The notes below the pieces were generated by a model. It saw only the letters and a list, made by a program, of their open reading frames with translations, did not search any database and was not told the DNA's origin. A DNA stretch of 55,864 bases, counting the filler, from Dugesia japonica (lineage: Eukaryota): the NCBI GenBank assembly GCA_001938525.1. It is 4 parts of 4 records of this genome, joined end to end, with 100 filler letters (N's around TTAATTAATTAA, not from the genome) between each part and the next. Parts side by side here need not be neighbours in the genome. Positions count along the whole stretch, not along the records: positions 45,660 to 55,864 come from MQRL01615569.1; 3 more parts are not named here. One strand, written 5' to 3'. Both the position numbers and the translations under genes were made by a program. Below, one piece after another: positions 52,120 to 55,864 of this stretch (within the stretch, counting starts at the first letter, position 1; every line of letters starts with the position of its first letter).

Positions 52120-52255
52120 TTACAATTATTGTGAGAATAATTGTTGGACTTAACCATTGATCGGATTTGAGATTTCATTAAAATAAGATAAGGCTTCGAT
52201 CAAAGCCTTTTCGATCAAAGGTTTTGATCGAAGCCTTATCTTATTTTAATGAAAA
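52120..52255 (-). repeat. Family B 3' piece with fold-back (no hammerhead)
   Basis: TTACAATTATTGTGAGAATAATTGTTGGACTTAACCATTGATCGG..GCTTCGATCAAA, then inverted TTTGATCGAAGCCTTATCTTATTTTAATGAAA. Confidence 0.8.
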
Positions 52256-53376
52256 TAAAATCTATTTTTCATTAATTTCTGATTGTTCATTACACCTACT
52301 AGCGCCAATAAAAGAAAAACTTAATTTTCGTACAATAACATTATTATAAGAATATACTTTCATTCTGGCAGAATTCTTAATAATAAACATCCAATTCATT
52401 CACTGACTCACTGACTCACTCTGGAACGCTTCAGTTAAATAAAATATTTTAAGCTTATAAATCCTAATTTATATGTTTTTAAAGTTTCCAGTAATTTTAT
52501 CTTATGAGTAAAAATTGCTTCGAATGATGTGTACCATGATAAAAAGTCATTTTGTGTGTGTGCATTGGTCACTTTTCAAATTGCCAAAAATAAAAAAGTT
52601 CTTAAAAATTTTTCAACTAAATGTTGCTCTGAAAAACTCCTCCCCCCGGGGGATGATCTGGTTCACTCAAATCTATCTACTCTCATATTTGTTATTTAAT
52701 TTTAAATTTCAATGCCGTTGATAAACTTCGTTGCACACTATAACATGATTTTTAAATTTTTACAGACAATGGCACTTTAGCATTAACAGTTTGCCAATAA
52801 TGCTTTTTTTAAATTAAAACTTTTTAAAGGAAATTATAATGAATCTCTTACATAAAATAAGACTATTATAAATTAGTATATTTTAGTTTGTATAAAAATT
52901 GAAACTATCAAAATCAGTTTATCTAAAAAAAGGTATACATAACCTATTTACAAATATCTACTAATAAGATGGTTATTTTATAAATTAATTTATAGTTTGA
53001 GTCTATGATAATTCTGATAATAGTAAACACTAGGCAAAAGAGATATTTTGTAGCTAAATTTGTTTGATATTTTCATGATAAATAAAAAAATATGTTTCGT
53101 GCATTTAATTATAATTTGCTGCAGAAAATATTTGACAATGAAATTTAATTAATCATTACAATACTTATAAATCCAAAATCACGAGTTGTATTAAGCATAA
53201 TTATTATTAAAGATACGTTTAATGTGGGTCCTAATACACATGTAAATTCTGAAAAACAATTTTTGTAATTACATGATTATTTTATAAAATTAATTGACTT
53301 AAAAAATAAATTAAAATGATTAACTTTGTAACAATTGTCGATCAACTATTTCACATTTCAAATGATACTTCTAGAA

Positions 53377-53430
53377 TTACAATAATTGCGTGAATAATTT
53401 TTGGACTTAACCATTGATCGTTTTTGAGAT
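53377..53430 (-). repeat. Family B 3' terminal piece
   Basis: TTACAATAATTGCGTGAATAATTTTTGGACTTAACCATTGATCG. Confidence 0.7.
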
Positions 53431-53761
53431 AATACAAGGTAAAACAAGTGATTATTAAGAATACTATTTTGGTCACTGGATATTTACACATTAATAAAAA
53501 ATCTTCTTTTTGCTTTTTTTTAATTACTCAAAGAATATTATCGGGTGTTGACAGTCTGTGTCCAAGTGACAGCGTCAAATATCCGTCTGTTGACAGATCA
53601 GGACAGTGCCAGAACGGCAATGCGAGGTTAAGATTTTTGTTTCTTATAACAATATTAGTGATCTTATCGTAGCACTGCAACACGTAATCACGCTTATGCA
53701 CAAATGTTAAGAAAACAAAATACTTTTGCAGAACTCAAATGGGTCACTTAAAATCGTCAAA

Positions 53762-53786
53762 CGGGCCATAGGTTGTCAACACCTGG
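53762..53786. mobile_element. Possible hAT-Charlie-type right end
   Basis: CGGGCCATAGGTTGTCAACACCTG. Confidence 0.35.
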
Positions 53787-55799
53787 CCTAGATAATATGA
53801 AAGAAAAACTTCAGGCCAATATTTTAAAATACAAAACACTAAAAGATAACATAAAACCACCTGCCGAACTAGAAAATTGTCTTAAATACTTTTGTGACTC
53901 GCTCTAGAAGAATAGAAATTGATGGAATCTTAAGAAAATTGAAAGTGGAAAAATTCAAATGGATATAATCATTTTTAGTACAAAATGGAATAACCTACGT
54001 GGATTTCTCACAATACCTTAAAATTTATCAATGGTACTCCGTCATATACGGAACTTCTCAAATTTAATAATATATTTAAGCAAAAAAAACTCAACTTGGA
54101 CCACATCATAACATAATAGTGGCGCGTTGTCCCACAATATTTACAAGACAGAAAACAAATGTTTCGTACCATTTGTTCCACGATAATAATGTTGGGGTAA
54201 AACACGAAAAAGAAAAAGACAGAGGCTGAAATAATGATTGGAATGAGGAAACAAACCCGTAAGACCTCAGATAATGGTCAATCAATATTAATTCCAGTGT
54301 AGAACTATCTGCAAACAATCAATTAGGAAAGTATAAAAAAAATTTAAAAGAGATACAGAAAAATAATAATAAAATAATGAAAGATGACAAAGAAGACATC
54401 AATTAGATAATCCCAATCAAGAAATATTATAGATAATAATTAAATTTATAAAATGTTTAAGAAAATAAAACAGATAATGAAGAAAGAAAATTAATTAATT
54501 AGCGCACGAAAAAGAAATTAATTAAGACTGAAATCGGAAAAAAGGAAATAACTTTTCTCCTAACAATCAGAAATCGTTAAGGAAAGAAAAATCAGAAAGT
54601 TTTCTATCAGAAGAAGTCGATTTTGTCAAGCAGAAAACGTTATCATCATCAGAAGGGTTGGGGAAAAGGCTATGAAGATTGAGCCAATAACACGGCAGGA
54701 AAAGGGCAAAAATCAAAGAAAAGAAAGTCATGAGGTGTCTAAAAATAAGCACCAATAAAAGACAAAAGTTGAAACAGAAAATTTCGAAGAATCAGAAAAA
54801 GATCTAATAAACCATCTCAGAAGTAATCTAAAATATTAGGCTAATGCAAGTTAAGCAGTGTTGTATGGAGAATGATATAAAACCCCCCAGATTTTTAGTC
54901 TAAAACAGTCACTTTTTCAAATTAAAAACTCTCAAATCAGTTAGATTTTATTGTACTACTTCCAAAAGGTGAACCAACACTTTCATTATCAGTGATAAAC
55001 GGAAAGCGAGGAGAAATTTACGAAATTCATAGAATATCCAATAAGAAGTATAGTTAAAAATCTGGTTCAGTGATCGATAAACATTTGATAGCCAACAAGT
55101 TGAATAAAGAAATTCCATTATGCCTTGTTGCAAATTCTGAAACATTTTCAATAACAAGTATGAGTTTTGTTTCTGTTTCAATTATATGTTAATCATGTTA
55201 AATAATCAATAAAAGTTACTTATGTTGTATTTACTAATCTCTGATTATGATTTTGTGATCGAGGATTAAACAATTATACCCGATTCCCGCAACCCAAATT
55301 GCTCCTCGCACGTAACAATCCCGGAACGATCCTACTATCATTTGACGCGAAATTAAAATCAAAACGAAGTATTGAATTTTTAAAGATGAAATGCGTGTTA
55401 AAATATTCTACTACTCACACCGCTATTCAGGATTAGAGATTCCCGTAACACCCTGTCTGCCAGAATTTGCTGATAAAATAACTTGATTACTCTGACTCAT
55501 TTCCCTGTTCCAACTCGTTCTGAGCATCATCTGCAATAGTAGAAGACATAATGTAAATAGAGTTGGTGTTCGAATTTTACTCTGAGTGAATAACTCTGAA
55601 AATAAGATGAAAATATTGATGAACTAGACACATATATCAACTCTACAGTTATCGTAATGGATTCGCTCTGAGTCATTAAGATCAGTTTTATGATAAGCAA
55701 TACAATGATAATTTTTCTGTCTTATTGATGTCACTCCGGGGGTACTTTAATCACGAACGTTATGAATTGCTATTGGTATTACTATTAGGATTCTTATTT

Positions 55800-55801
55800 T
55801 T

Positions 55802-55864
<63 letters not shown>
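55800..55864. repeat. (TTC)n followed by (TTA)n microsatellite
   Basis: Directly visible. Confidence 0.95.

Noticed and set aside
1-55864. tRNA, rRNA, snRNA or SL RNA genes and telomeric arrays
   Set aside because: None recognised by eye; a covariance-model scan would be needed to exclude them

Overview
Very AT-rich eukaryotic (animal) genomic DNA with short GT-AG introns (38-76 nt), long (AAT)n tracts and many decayed transposons. These features fit a triclad flatworm (planarian), but that assignment is inference. The window is four assembly pieces joined by identical 100-bp spacers (44 N + TTAATTAATTAA + 44 N), so adjacency across 14269-14368, 32458-32557 and 45560-45659 is not evidence of linkage. 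Host genes: a class A peptide-type GPCR with an intronless CDS (-, 5425-6738); seven exons of an AGAP/centaurin-gamma gene covering the split PH domain and the start of ArfGAP (-, 15244-28407); one exon of an ADP-ribosylglycohydrolase-like gene (+, 42753-43077); and a complete 3-exon mitochondrial ribosomal protein L12 gene (+, 48125-48708). Mobile DNA: two mariners, a Tc1/IS630, a pogo/Tc2, hAT ends, several Gypsy relics, a Polinton/Maverick pPolB relic with N-terminal zinc fingers, Helitron-like ends and three Penelope-like (GIY-YIG) retroelement relics. The most interesting signal is not in the ORF track. Two families of minimal type-I hammerhead-ribozyme motifs sit at the 3' ends of the Penelope-like elements. 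One family also occurs as about 8 short copies, most without an ORF and several folded back, including a near-perfect 171-bp palindrome with a hammerhead on each strand.
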